Counted from the stretch's first letter, positions 46,910-58,798 are shown. The stretch: 64,000 nucleotides of DNA from an uncultured delta proteobacterium (GCA_963776345.1 CAVZMH010000001.1:96001-160000); one strand, 5' to 3'. Program-made: numbers and translations. The notes: generated by a model from the letters alone, not told the origin.

Positions 46910-49597
46910 CTAACGGCTCTGACCCCCGGGCTGCACCTTCAGCCGGTCGTCGGTGGGGGGCGCGGGCGCGGTCGGGGCCGGAGGAGGCGCGGACTGCGGC
47001 GCCGTGCCCGGCGCGGGAGTCACCGTGCCCGGCGGCCCGAGCGGACCCGCGGGGGCGGGCGCCGGCACCGGCTGGCCGGACTGAAGCAGCTGCTGGCCGA
47101 TGCCCGCCGGCGAGGTCGGGGTGCCGGCCGGCGCCGGAGCCGCGCCCTGGCCCAGCGTGCCGGGGCGGAACACCTGCTCGCCCGGCAGCCCGGGTCCGCC
47201 GTTCTCGACCTTCATCTCCTCGCGCATCACCAGCTGGTTCATCTTCGCCAGCGGTCCCGGCTTGCGGCCGAAGTCGATGGGCACGTCGTAGCCCGGCACC
47301 TGCCCGTAGAACTCCTCCACGAAGCGCTGCCGCTCGGCCATCTTCTTCTCGAAGATGCGCCGGAAGTCCGAGGCGTCCCGGATGATGTACGGGGTCAGGA
47401 AGAGCAGGAGGTTCACCTTCACCTTCCGGCGGGTGGTCTCGCGGAAGAGGTAGCCGAGGATGGGGATGTCTCCGAGGATCGGCACCTTGCCGATGGACTC
47501 GATGGTCCGCTCCTGCATGATGCCGCCGATCACCACCGTCTCCTGGTCCTTGGCCACCACCGTGGTCTTGGCGGTGCGCTTGCTGGTGGTGGGGCCGAGC
47601 ACCGGGTCGGTGGAGGCGATCTCCTCGGTGCTCTCGTTGATGACCATCCGGATGTAGTCGCTGGCGTTGATCTGCGGCTTGATGTTGAGCTTCAGCTCCA
47701 CGTTCTGCCGGTTGATCGGCGCGTAGTAGGAGCCGATGCCGCCAAGCAGCGAGCCGGCGCCGGCCAGCGAGCCCGTGGGGAGCGTGGTGCCGGTGCCGGT
47801 GGGGAGCTGGGGCGCGAAGCCGGCCTGGAACGGAACGTTCTGGCCGACGGTGATCTCCGCCTCCTCGTTGTCGCTGGTGAGGAGATGGGGCGTGCTGAGC
47901 ACGTTCACGTCCGAGCTCTGCTGCAGCGCGTGCAGGACGATGCCGAACGAGGGGATGGAGAGCCCGAGCTTGTCGAACGCCGGGATGGTCGGTCCCTGCA
48001 GGCCGGCCAGGAACCCGCCGTACGACGCCAGGTTGGTCAGCGAGAACGAGGGCGGGACGCCGCTGCTGGTGTACTTGGTCCCCACGATTCCCGCGGCCTG
48101 ACCCTGCGAGGTGTTGACGGTGTAGCCCTGGTGGAGGCTGATGCCGAACTCGGTGTTCCGGTCGAGGTTGACCTCCATGATCACCGCCTCGACGAAGACC
48201 TGCCGCCGCGAGATGTCCAGCTTCTCGATGACCCGGACCAGGTTCCGGTAGTCCGACTGGCTGGCCACCACCACCAGCGAGTTGGTCGCCTTGTCGGGCG
48301 AGATCTTCACCTCGCCCTGGAAGAGCTCGGCCGCGGTGACCCCGCCCGGTGCTCCGGGGCGCACCGGCGGCGGCGCCACGCCGGGGATGTTGGGCCCCGG
48401 CTGGCTGCCGCTCCGGGGGCGGTTGGCGGTGCCCTGGGCCAGCGACTGGAGGGTGGCGGCGATGTCCTCGGCGTTGGCGTTCTGCAGCCCGTAGACGTTG
48501 ATCCGTCCCTCGCCGCTGATCGGAACGTCGATCTCCCTGATCAGCGCGTCGATGCGCTCGTTGGCCGCGGGGGTGGCCACCACCACCAGCTTGTTGGTGC
48601 GCTCGTCGGCGATGAGGGTGGTGACCGTGGCCGGACCGCCGGGCGTGGCCACCCCCGGGGTGCTGCCGGCCGGCGCTGCGGGCACTCCAAGCACCGGGGT
48701 GGGGGCCACGGTCAGCCCGGGGCGCGCCCCGGGTCGGTTGGCCTTGGCGTCGAACAGCTTCTGGATGGTGGCGGCCAGGTCCTGCGCCGAGGCGTAGCGG
48801 ACCTGGATGACCCGCATCTCGTCCGAGCTGGAGCGGCTGTCCAGCTGCTCGATGATCCGCTCCAGCCGGTGCATGTTCGAGCCGATGTCGTTGACGATCA
48901 GCGTGTCCGGCTGGAAGGGGATGGTGTCGCCGTTCTGGCTCACCAGCTGCTGCACCACGCCCCGCAGCGGCTCGAGGTCCGCGTAGCGGATCTTGAACAT
49001 GCGGGTGAGCATCTGCTCGTTGGTGGTGTACGGCTCGTCCGAGCCGACCACCGGGATGTTGTTCTGCTTGGCCTTGGCCTTCTCCACGATCTTGGAGAAG
49101 CGTCCGTAGGGAACGACCGCCAGCTGGTTCGCGTCCAGCGCGGCGAGGAAGGCGGCGTAGAACTCCTCCGGGCCGACGTCCACCTTCCCGTTGTCCGGGC
49201 CGATGATGGAGATCTTGCCTCGCACGTTGTCGCCGAGGATGAAGGTCCGGCAGGTGGCGTTGGAGACGGTCTGGACCAGCTTCTCGATGTCCACCTTGTC
49301 GAAGTAGACGTTGAAGCGCGCCTTCTTCCGGACCTCGGAGCAGTTGGGGGTGGTGGACGCGGTGGTGGCCTCACCGGCGGGCACCGCCGACGGCTGTCGG
49401 CCCGGCGGCTGGGCCGGCGCGGCCACCGGGGCGGGCGCGGGCTGCGCGGCGGCCGGCGTCGTGGGGACTCCGGCGGGGGTGGGGACCGGCCGTCCGCTCC
49501 GCATCGGGCCCGGAGGCGAGGCCGGCGGCGGTTGGGGCGGCGGTGAGCCGGCCTGGGCGAGCAGGGCCAGCGCAAGGCAAGGCAGGAGAGCGCTCAT
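46910..49597 (-). CDS. gspD: Type II secretion secretin D
   Basis: Signal peptide, N domains (ADERTNKL, PDKATNSL), QVFVEAVIMEV, KVPILGDIPILGYLF, LLLFLTPYII. Confidence 0.94.
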   Translation of the reverse strand: MSALLPCLALALLAQAGSPPPQPPPASPPGPMRSGRPVPTPAGVPTTPAAAQPAPAPVAAPAQPPGRQPSAVPAGEATTASTTPNCSEVRKKARFNVYFDKVDIEKLVQTVSNATCRTFILGDNVRGKISIIGPDNGKVDVGPEEFYAAFLAALDANQLAVVPYGRFSKIVEKAKAKQNNIPVVGSDEPYTTNEQMLTRMFKIRYADLEPLRGVVQQLVSQNGDTIPFQPDTLIVNDIGSNMHRLERIIEQLDSRSSSDEMRVIQVRYASAQDLAATIQKLFDAKANRPGARPGLTVAPTPVLGVPAAPAGSTPGVATPGGPATVTTLIADERTNKLVVVATPAANERIDALIREIDVPISGEGRINVYGLQNANAEDIAATLQSLAQGTANRPRSGSQPGPNIPGVAPPPVRPGAPGGVTAAELFQGEVKISPDKATNSLVVVASQSDYRNLVRVIEKLDISRRQVFVEAVIMEVNLDRNTEFGISLHQGYTVNTSQGQAAGIVGTKYTSSGVPPSFSLTNLASYGGFLAGLQGPTIPAFDKLGLSIPSFGIVLHALQQSSDVNVLSTPHLLTSDNEEAEITVGQNVPFQAGFAPQLPTGTGTTLPTGSLAGAGSLLGGIGSYYAPINRQNVELKLNIKPQINASDYIRMVINESTEEIASTDPVLGPTTSKRTAKTTVVAKDQETVVIGGIMQERTIESIGKVPILGDIPILGYLFRETTRRKVKVNLLLFLTPYIIRDASDFRRIFEKKMAERQRFVEEFYGQVPGYDVPIDFGRKPGPLAKMNQLVMREEMKVENGGPGLPGEQVFRPGTLGQGAAPAPAGTPTSPAGIGQQLLQSGQPVPAPAPAGPLGPPGTVTPAPGTAPQSAPPPAPTAPAPPTDDRLKVQPGGQSR

Positions 49598-49599
49598 GG

Positions 49600-50490
49600 T
49601 CAGCGGACGTTGTAGGTCTTGCGAAGCGAGGAGCCGTTCCGGTCGAGCTCGATGTCGATGCGGTTGGTGTCTTTCAGCTTGGTGTAGACCTCGAGCGCCT
49701 TCTCCGGGCTGTTCATCTCGAAGCCGTTGATGCGCTTGATGACGTCCCCGTTGACGATCCCGATCTTCGAGTAGAGCGAGTCGGGTCGGATGGAGAAGAG
49801 CTTGAACCCCTCGGCCTGCCCGTCCTTGAAGGCGGGCACGATGCGGGCCTGCATCGCCAGGTCGTTCAGGTTGGCCAGCGCCCGGTCCACCTCGCTCTTC
49901 GGGACGTTGTAGTTGTTCTCGTCCAGCGCCTGGATGCCCGCGCCGATGGCCGGCTCGCCCACCGGGCGGGTGGCGGCGATCGGCGGCGGCACCGGCGCGC
50001 CTTCACCGGCCTCGGCGCCGATGTACTCGCGGCGTCCGTTGTTGGCGATGATGATCCGGTCGCGCTGGATCTGCAGCACCTCGGCGTTCTGCACCCTGTC
50101 GCCCACCATCACCGTGGAGGACCTCTGGTTGCTCAGGTCGAGGAGGGAGCCGATCGACCAGCCGGGCGCGGTGCTGACCAGCGTGCCCAGCAGCTTCACC
50201 CGGAGCGAGGTCCGCACCGGCTCGGCGCTCATGTCCGGCTTCTCCTGCTCCTCCAGCGACTCCGGGCTGGGCAGCGGCAGGTTGGTGAGCTGGGCGAGCT
50301 TCGGCAGGTCCAGCGCGGCCGGCGCCTCTGCGGCGACCGTCCGTCCGGCGCCGCGGGCCGCCGGAGCGGAGGGGGCGGGGGCGATGGCGGCCTCGAGGAA
50401 GAGGTTGACGGTCTTCGCCGCGAGGAGCGCCGCCAGCGCCACGAAGCAGAGGTTGACCGCCCAGAAGTACTTCCGGATCACGAGTTCCAT
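49600..50490 (-). CDS. gspC: Type II secretion protein C with PDZ domain
   Basis: Start MELVIRKYFW + TM; KLLGT; ARIVP..GFKLFSIRPDSLYSKIGIVNGDVIKRING PDZ. Confidence 0.9.
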   Translation of the reverse strand: MELVIRKYFWAVNLCFVALAALLAAKTVNLFLEAAIAPAPSAPAARGAGRTVAAEAPAALDLPKLAQLTNLPLPSPESLEEQEKPDMSAEPVRTSLRVKLLGTLVSTAPGWSIGSLLDLSNQRSSTVMVGDRVQNAEVLQIQRDRIIIANNGRREYIGAEAGEGAPVPPPIAATRPVGEPAIGAGIQALDENNYNVPKSEVDRALANLNDLAMQARIVPAFKDGQAEGFKLFSIRPDSLYSKIGIVNGDVIKRINGFEMNSPEKALEVYTKLKDTNRIDIELDRNGSSLRKTYNVR

Positions 50491-50523
50491 GTGGGTGGCC
50501 CACGGCGGGGCCAGGACACCGTC

Positions 50524-50540
50524 AGCAAGCCCGGTGCCAG
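50524..50540 (-). promoter_or_regulatory. sigma54 -24/-12 promoter of the gsp operon
   Basis: Minus strand CTGGCACCGGGCTTGCT matches YTGGCACG-N4-TTGCW with correct GG-N10-GC spacing, 33 bp upstream of the gspC ATG. Confidence 0.85.
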
Positions 50541-50619
50541 CGGCGAAGCGCCCGAGGACAGCCGGGTTTCCCCGCAACCTTCCCGGTCAGGGGGCCTCGC
50601 CGGGAGGAGCCGCGGGCCG

Positions 50620-50636
50620 GTGAGACAAAATGTCAC
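50620..50636. promoter_or_regulatory. Candidate upstream activator site for a sigma54 activator
   Basis: AT-rich imperfect palindrome GTGAGACAAAATGTCAC (core GACA-AAA-TGTC) ~80-95 bp upstream of the -24 box. Confidence 0.5.
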
Positions 50637-50684
50637 TCCTCCGGCCGGTGGCCCGGGGCGGAACGTCAGCGCGCCCGTGGACGC

Positions 50685-52067
<1,383 letters not shown>

Positions 52068-52278
52068 CGGGAGACCGAGGAGTGTACCGCAGACTCGTCC
52101 GCGCGCCGGACCGCCGCTCGCTCGGGAGGGCGACCTCCCGCCCCGAGGTCAGTCGGCGCGCAACCCGGTGACCCTCGCGCGTATTCCCTGGCGCGGAGCG
52201 TCCGCTGTTTTCTTTCCGCGGGGTGCGCAGGCCTGCGAGAGTGGTGGGAGGTCACGTCCTCACCGGAGCACCGCTCGC

Positions 52279-53058
52279 ATGCCGCGCCTCGCCGCCCTCT
52301 CGTCCCTGCTCCTCCTTGCACTGGGCCTCGCCTGCGAGTCCGGTCCGCCCGCGCCGGCGTCCGTCCGCATCGCGCACTTCGTGCCGGACGTTCCGGGCAA
52401 CGGGGCGATCGACGTCTGCCTGAAGCCGGACGGGACGGCGGCGTTCTCGACGAGGTTCGTGCAGCAGGGCGGGCTGACCTTCGCCTCGCTCTCGTCGCGG
52501 ACCGACGTGGACGCCGGGACCTACTCCCTCCGCGTGGTGGGCGCATCGGCGACCGACTGCTCGACCTCGCTGAACGGGCTGGGCGACGTCGGGGGCATCG
52601 CCCTCGGGGAGGGTGGGGCGTACACCGTGGCGCTGGTCGGGCTTCTCGGTGGCACCGGCAACGGATCGGTGGCGGTGAGGACCTACGTCGACGACACCGC
52701 TGCGCCGGCGAGCCCGGCGGTCAAGCTGAGGTTCGTGCACGTCTCGCCCGAGCTGGGCGGCGTGGACCTGGGCGCGCTCTCCGGCGCCACCTTCCTCCCG
52801 CTGAACCCGGCGGTGACGCTCGGCTACCCGGCCGACTCGCAGTACTTCGTCTACCCCGGCGGGGTCACCGGGGCGAACCTGGCCATCGTGGACACCGGGA
52901 CCACCAACCTGCGGCTCTCCGGCCAGTTCAGCGTGCCCGGCGGAACCGCGGACAGCGTGTTCATCGTGGGCCGGCCGACCCAGACCTCGGGCGACCCCCG
53001 GCTCTCGTTCCTGCTCTGCCCCGAGAGCGGAACGCCGAGCTGCCTGCGCTTCCCCTGA
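52279..53058 (+). CDS. DUF4397-like lipoprotein
   Basis: Lipobox-like LALGLAC; VRIAHFVPD..IDVC and LRFVHVSP..VD repeats. Confidence 0.75.
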   Translation: MPRLAALSSLLLLALGLACESGPPAPASVRIAHFVPDVPGNGAIDVCLKPDGTAAFSTRFVQQGGLTFASLSSRTDVDAGTYSLRVVGASATDCSTSLNGLGDVGGIALGEGGAYTVALVGLLGGTGNGSVAVRTYVDDTAAPASPAVKLRFVHVSPELGGVDLGALSGATFLPLNPAVTLGYPADSQYFVYPGGVTGANLAIVDTGTTNLRLSGQFSVPGGTADSVFIVGRPTQTSGDPRLSFLLCPESGTPSCLRFP

Positions 53059-53061
53059 CGC

Positions 53062-54045
53062 TCACTCGGACTCGACCGGTCCGCCCACCCGCTGGATGTC
53101 GGACTCCTTCACCTTCTCGGCGTTGAAGCGCTCGGCGGCGCGGGTGAGCTTCTCCAGCGTGGCGTCGAACTCCGGCGGCGCCGAGCCGGGCTTCATGAAG
53201 CGCAGGTAGTTGATCCGCGCCACCACGAACGGCCTGAGGTACGGGCTGGTCATCCCCCGCGCCTTGAGCCGGCTCACGGCCGCGGTGACCGCGTCGTCCA
53301 GCTTCAGCACCGCCGCGGCGCGCTCCTCCCGGATGGCCAGCGCCTCGGCCAGCGGCTCGTCGAGGAACCCGTCGATGCGCCTGACGATCGGGTGGTAGGC
53401 GCCGCCCGACAGCCGCGGGCGCTGCTCGTAGGCCGCGCCGAGCGTGGCGAACGCCGGCTCCTCGAGGAGCGGGGCCACGTCCAGCTCGGTGCCCTTCCTC
53501 GTCTCGATCAAGCCCCGCAGCATGCGGATGACCTCCAGCGAGCGCTCCTTCAGGTTGTGCGCCTTCTCGGTGTTGAGGGCGAGGATCTGGAAGGCCACCT
53601 CGGGCTCGGGGAGCAGCAGCGCGAGCACCGTCTTGCCCCCGAGCGCCCGGATCGCCGCCAGCCGGTGGTTCCCGTTGGGGGTCCAGTAGCTGCCCTCGTG
53701 CCGGACGGCGATCAGCGGGTCGAGGAAGCGGTCCACCCGCTCCATCGCCGAGACCAGCCGCTTGACGTGCGGCTCGGAGAGGTCGCGCTGGTACGGGGTG
53801 GGCTGGACCTTGTCCACCGGGAGGGCGGCGAACAGCACCGCGTGTCCCCCCAGCGGCTCGCGGTAGACGGCGAGCACCCGCCCGCCGTCCGCCTCCACCT
53901 CGGCGGCCAGCGCCCGCGCCGCCTCCGGGATCTTCTCCCCGGTCTCGGGGGGAGAGAGTCCGCGCTGGGCGGGCGTGGCCTTCTTGCGGCGCGGGGTCTT
54001 GCGCTTCCGGGCAACCTGTCGGGCGGTCCTGGAGGTGGCGGGCAT
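53062..54045 (-). CDS. Stand-alone ParB/Srx N-terminal-domain protein
   Basis: VQPTPYQRDLS, FLDPLI, TPNGNHRL, ALNTEKAH; basic N-terminal tail; start MPATSRT. Confidence 0.75.
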   Translation of the reverse strand: MPATSRTARQVARKRKTPRRKKATPAQRGLSPPETGEKIPEAARALAAEVEADGGRVLAVYREPLGGHAVLFAALPVDKVQPTPYQRDLSEPHVKRLVSAMERVDRFLDPLIAVRHEGSYWTPNGNHRLAAIRALGGKTVLALLLPEPEVAFQILALNTEKAHNLKERSLEVIRMLRGLIETRKGTELDVAPLLEEPAFATLGAAYEQRPRLSGGAYHPIVRRIDGFLDEPLAEALAIREERAAAVLKLDDAVTAAVSRLKARGMTSPYLRPFVVARINYLRFMKPGSAPPEFDATLEKLTRAAERFNAEKVKESDIQRVGGPVESE

Positions 54046-54099
54046 GGTCGGGAGGGTGGGAGATTGCCGCGCTCCGGGGTCCCGGGTCGAGGAGCTCGA

Positions 54100-54543
54100 A
54101 TGCGGGTGTCGACGATCGCGCTGGTGCTGGCCGGGCTGGCCGCGGTCGGAGCGGGGCTGTGGCTGCTCCGGCCCCCGCCGGCCTCCCCGGAGGAGCAGGT
54201 CCGCGCCGCGGTGGAGTCCATGGCCAGGGCGGCGCGTGCCCACGACGCCGCCGGCGTGCTGGAGCACGTCTCCGAGACCTTCCGGTCGCCCGAGCTCGGG
54301 GGCAAGGCCGAGCTCCGGGGCTACCTCCTCGGCGAGCTGCTGCGGGGCGGGGTGGTGGAGGCCCGGGTGCTGGATGCCCATGTGGAGGCGCTGCCCGAGG
54401 GACAGGTGCACTTCACCGGGCGCCTCCTGCTCGGGCGGACCTCGGGCGGGCTGGACCTGGGGCAGCGGGCCGTCGAGGCCACCTTCGCCAGCGAGCAGGG
54501 CACCTGGCGCGCGGTGCGCGCCCACGTCGAGCCGGTGCGTTAG
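54100..54543 (+). CDS. Membrane-anchored NTF2/SnoaL-like protein
   Basis: N-terminal TM; SPEEQVRA..MARAARAHDAAGVLEHVSETF; E.G.WR end. Confidence 0.6.
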   Translation: MRVSTIALVLAGLAAVGAGLWLLRPPPASPEEQVRAAVESMARAARAHDAAGVLEHVSETFRSPELGGKAELRGYLLGELLRGGVVEARVLDAHVEALPEGQVHFTGRLLLGRTSGGLDLGQRAVEATFASEQGTWRAVRAHVEPVR

Positions 54544-54999
54544 CTACACGCCACTGAGGATCTTCCAGCCGTCGGCCTCGAGCTTGAGCTCCATGCGCTT
54601 GATGTCCGACTCGGTCATGCTCTTGCCGCCGAGCTTGAACTGCGAGACCCAGGTGTAGACCGCGCTCGCCCGGTCTCCCTTCACCTCGATGCTCTTGATC
54701 TCGATGCGCACCGCCACGTCCTGCAGCTTGGCCAGGCGCTGCGGCAGCACCGTGCGCAGCCGCTGCAGGTCGATGTCGTCGTCCGGGTTGAGCGTTCCGG
54801 CGTTGTCCCGGAAGGCCGGGTCGACCAGCGCCAGGATGGCCTGCGCGTCGCGCGCCTCGAGCGCCGAGTTGTAGCGCGAGATGACGTCGATGATCGCCCG
54901 GGTGTCGCCGGTGTCCTCGAGGTCGGTTCCGGGGATGCGGCGCGGACCGCAGCCGGCGAGGCCGAGCAGCGCGAGGAGCGGGACGAGCGCGCGCCTCAC
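54544..54999 (-). CDS. NTF2-like lipoprotein
   Basis: Lipobox LAGC; YNSALEARD..ILALV; DGWKILSG; GTGA overlap with upstream gene. Confidence 0.7.
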   Translation of the reverse strand: MRRALVPLLALLGLAGCGPRRIPGTDLEDTGDTRAIIDVISRYNSALEARDAQAILALVDPAFRDNAGTLNPDDDIDLQRLRTVLPQRLAKLQDVAVRIEIKSIEVKGDRASAVYTWVSQFKLGGKSMTESDIKRMELKLEADGWKILSGV

Positions 55000-55523
55000 G
55001 CCCGCCCCGCCCGCACCTCGGCCAGGTACCGGTTGAGCACCGGCGCCTCGGCGTCGAGGATCTTCAGGCCCTCGGAGTGGATCAGCCGCTCGGCGATCAT
55101 CGCCAGCGGCTTCAGCAGGAAGGGCAGCTGCAGCTTGATCTCCCCATCGAGCGTGCGCTCGGTCCGTCCGCCCGAGGGGCGGAGCCGGAGCGTCCCGGTG
55201 TTCACCAGCATCCTCGAGATGGAGTGGCTGGTCGGCACGTTGCTGAAGGTCATCTCCTTGCGATTGCGGTCGTAGGTGGACTGCTCCACGAAGGCGAACC
55301 ACTCCGGGGGCACCTGCTTGGGGCCCACCGACGGAATGACGGGGCGGGGCCGGTAGCGGACCCGCCGGCGGACCAGTGGACCTTCCTCGGTGCGCTCCAG
55401 TGCCTGGACCTCCAGGAGGACCCCGTGGTGCTGCAAGAGGTAGTCCAGGTAGCTCTGGTCGAGCATCGCCCGCTCGACCTCGTCCACCGTCCCGTCCAGG
55501 AACTGCCGCTTTTCGAAGCGCAT
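54996..55523 (-). CDS. DUF2505 / SRPBCC-like protein
   Basis: MRFE...; FVEQSTYD; GEIKLQLPFL..IAERLI pattern. Confidence 0.6.
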   Translation of the reverse strand: MRFEKRQFLDGTVDEVERAMLDQSYLDYLLQHHGVLLEVQALERTEEGPLVRRRVRYRPRPVIPSVGPKQVPPEWFAFVEQSTYDRNRKEMTFSNVPTSHSISRMLVNTGTLRLRPSGGRTERTLDGEIKLQLPFLLKPLAMIAERLIHSEGLKILDAEAPVLNRYLAEVRAGRA

Positions 55524-55536
55524 GCGGCGCCGCGGC

Positions 55537-57867
55537 TTAGCGGAAAGGCCCTCGGGGCACCAGGGGACCGTTGAACGCCCGCTCCTCGAAGACGCAGCGG
55601 GACTGCCATTCTGTCACCTCGGCGCGCATGGCCTCGGACAGATCCGGCATTCGGCCCAGGTCGGAGCGGACGGCCGCGCAGTCACCCGCCCGGTAGTGCG
55701 CGGAGACCAGCAGCCGCCAGGCCTCGCGGTGGACCTGCTCGGGGAGGGTGGTGGAGAGCGCGCGGCCCAGGGCCTCGCCGGCCTCGCCCGGGATGCCCAC
55801 CGCCAGCAGCCGCCGGCCGAGGAGGTAGTTCACCACCCCGTCCTCCGGCGCGAGCTGCCGCGCGCGCTCGAGCGTCCAGAGCCGCAGCTCGTCGGTGCTG
55901 GCCTCGAAGTAGGCGTGGAGCGCGGGGCCGATGCGGACGTCGGAGAGGGCAGCGCGCTTCACCTCCGCCTCCCGCTCGAGGTCCCGCCCCGGACGCAGCG
56001 CCGCGGCCCGCGCGAGCGAGGCGCCCGCGGCCTGGAGGTCACCGTTGCTCCAGGCCAGGTCGGCCCGGGCCAGCGCCACCTGCGCCTCGAGCGAGGGCAG
56101 CCCCGAGACCAGCGCCTCGGCGCGCTCGAGCACGTCGGCGGCCTCGGAGGGACGGTCCATGCGCCGGAGGAGGCTCGCCTCGCCGAGCAGGAAGTCGGGC
56201 TCGGCGGGCTGGAGCCGGGCGCAGGCGCGGAAGAGCTGCAGCGACCGCGACGGGTTGGTGGTGGCGGTCGCGCGCGCCTCCTCGGCCAGCGCCGCGACCT
56301 CACGCACGCAGGGGCGTTGGAAGAGGCTCGGCGCACGGAAGCGGGCGAAGGCCCGGTTCACCGCGCTGTCGTCCAGCGGGAGCGCGTCCAGCATCCGCTC
56401 CCACCCGGCGATCAGCGTGTCCAGGCTGCGGCCGTAGGCGGCGGCGAAGTCGCCGTGGGCCAGCAGCCGGTGGAGCCGGTCCGTCCCTTCCGTGTCCTGG
56501 AGGTAGCGGAGGAAGCTCCCCGCGGCTGCGTAGGCCCGGGCCGGCGCGGCGCTCCAGAATCCAGCCGGCCCGAGGAGCGACCGGAGATCCGGCATCAGGC
56601 CCTGCCGGCGCATGCCCGCGGCCCACTGGTGCAGCGTCAGCTCGCCGGTGGGGTCGTCGGCGGCGACCGCCACGCCCTCCACCACGCCCATCACCGGGAG
56701 GATCCACCGGGAGGTCACCCGGAACGGCCCGCTGCCGAACGCGCCCGCGGCGACGTGGGCCAGCTCGTGCTTCATCGTGGGATGCGGGAAGGGCGCGTCG
56801 TTGAGGAACACGCTCCCGAGCCACGGCTTGGCGAACTGCGTCCCGCCGGCGCCGACCCAGCGCTGCTTCTCCTCGGGGGAGCGGAACACGTAGACCCGCA
56901 CGCTCGCCGGCGGCGCGCCGAAGAACCGCGCGAGTTGCCAGAGGCGGAACTCGACGTCGTGGCGGAGCCGCTCCACCTCCTGGGGCGGCTTCTCGCGTGG
57001 ATAGAAGATCTCCGCATGCTCGGTCTCGGTCCGTCCGCCGAGCACCGCGCGGACCGCGGCGTCGGAGCTGCGGAACCCGAGCCGCACCGCACTCACCTCG
57101 AGCCCGGCGACGGTCAGGGCGAGCAGGGCCAGGGTGGTCAGCACGCGAGAGCGGTGGCGCGGATGGGTGGGTCCGGGCGCTGGAAACAGGGCCGCGGCGC
57201 AGGTGACGAGCACCGCCGCCCAGAGCACCGTCTCCAGCCGGAACCAGGCGAGCGCGGCCGGGATGCGCAGGGCCTCGTCGTAGAGCGGCCCCGGGAACAG
57301 CCCGAGGAAGAAGTTGAAGACGAAGACCTGCGGTCCCTGCACCAGGGGCCACACCGTCCAGGCCAGGGAGGCGAGCAGGAGGACCCCGTAGAGGCCGACC
57401 CAGCGGGCGCGAGCGGGGAACGCGGTGCGGCAGAAGACCCCCGCCGCGGCGGCCAGGAGGGCCGCGGGTGCCACCAGGAGCGGAAAGAAACCGGCCTGCG
57501 CGAATGGACTGCACCGGGTGCCGAGCGTGGCGCGGAGCACCGCGGCGACGAATGGCACCGCCGCCGCGGCCCAGAGCACCCCCGCGGCCGCCCCGGTGGC
57601 GCGGACGGCGGCGGTGAACGGGCCCGGTGGCCGGACGCGCGGCACGCTGGGGCGCGGCACCTTGCGCAGCTCGTCGGCGGCGCCAGCGCCCGGCCAGCCT
57701 CCGAGGAGGGTGCACAGCGCCGACACCGCCAGTCCCAGCTCCAGCCCGGGGAGCTCGAACAGCGGCAGGAGCACCAGGGCCGAACCGCCGAGCGCCACCG
57801 CGGCGGCCGGAAGCCACCCGGCGGGTCGTCGGAGCAGATCCCGGGCCGTGCGCACGACGGGGGGCAT
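55537..57867 (-). CDS. Multi-TM membrane protein with HExxH zinc-peptidase domain and TPR-like C-terminus
   Basis: ~7 hydrophobic segments, GPLYDE, KHELAH...VEGVAVA, AY..AGSF..YL, Ala-rich helical repeats. Confidence 0.75.
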   Translation of the reverse strand: MPPVVRTARDLLRRPAGWLPAAAVALGGSALVLLPLFELPGLELGLAVSALCTLLGGWPGAGAADELRKVPRPSVPRVRPPGPFTAAVRATGAAAGVLWAAAAVPFVAAVLRATLGTRCSPFAQAGFFPLLVAPAALLAAAAGVFCRTAFPARARWVGLYGVLLLASLAWTVWPLVQGPQVFVFNFFLGLFPGPLYDEALRIPAALAWFRLETVLWAAVLVTCAAALFPAPGPTHPRHRSRVLTTLALLALTVAGLEVSAVRLGFRSSDAAVRAVLGGRTETEHAEIFYPREKPPQEVERLRHDVEFRLWQLARFFGAPPASVRVYVFRSPEEKQRWVGAGGTQFAKPWLGSVFLNDAPFPHPTMKHELAHVAAGAFGSGPFRVTSRWILPVMGVVEGVAVAADDPTGELTLHQWAAGMRRQGLMPDLRSLLGPAGFWSAAPARAYAAAGSFLRYLQDTEGTDRLHRLLAHGDFAAAYGRSLDTLIAGWERMLDALPLDDSAVNRAFARFRAPSLFQRPCVREVAALAEEARATATTNPSRSLQLFRACARLQPAEPDFLLGEASLLRRMDRPSEAADVLERAEALVSGLPSLEAQVALARADLAWSNGDLQAAGASLARAAALRPGRDLEREAEVKRAALSDVRIGPALHAYFEASTDELRLWTLERARQLAPEDGVVNYLLGRRLLAVGIPGEAGEALGRALSTTLPEQVHREAWRLLVSAHYRAGDCAAVRSDLGRMPDLSEAMRAEVTEWQSRCVFEERAFNGPLVPRGPFR

Positions 57868-57896
57868 CGGATCTCCGTATACTGCCCGTCCCTCCC

Positions 57897-58279
57897 GTGA
57901 CGGAACCGAAGACCGAAGGGCGCACCTACCCGAGGGCGCCGATCGAGCTGAAGGTCGACTACAAGAAGCTCAACAGCTTCTTCGCCGACTACACCCGGAA
58001 CATCAGCAAGGGCGGCACCTTCATCAAGACGCGCAAGCCGCTCCCGGTCGGGACCCGCTTCCTGTTCAAGCTGTCCATCCCCGCCCGGGAGGACCCGTTC
58101 GAGCTGCTGGGGGAGGTGGCCTGGAGCAGCGGCGAGGGCGACGACGCGGGCATGGGCATCCGGTTCGTGTACGAGGACGACACGCAGCGCTTCGCCTTCG
58201 AGGACGTGGTGGAGCGCCTGATGAGCGAGAGCCTGGGCCGGGAGCTGACCCTCAGGCTCCTGAACAAGGCTGGGGCGGG

Positions 58280-58283
<4 letters not shown>
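57897..58283 (+). CDS. Single-domain PilZ protein (myxobacterial TIGR02266-type, PlpA-like)
   Basis: RTYPR (RxxxR) and NISKGG (D/NxSxxG) c-di-GMP motifs, GEVAW, GMGIRF. Confidence 0.85.
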
Positions 58284-58795
<512 letters not shown>

Positions 58796-58798
58796 GCG

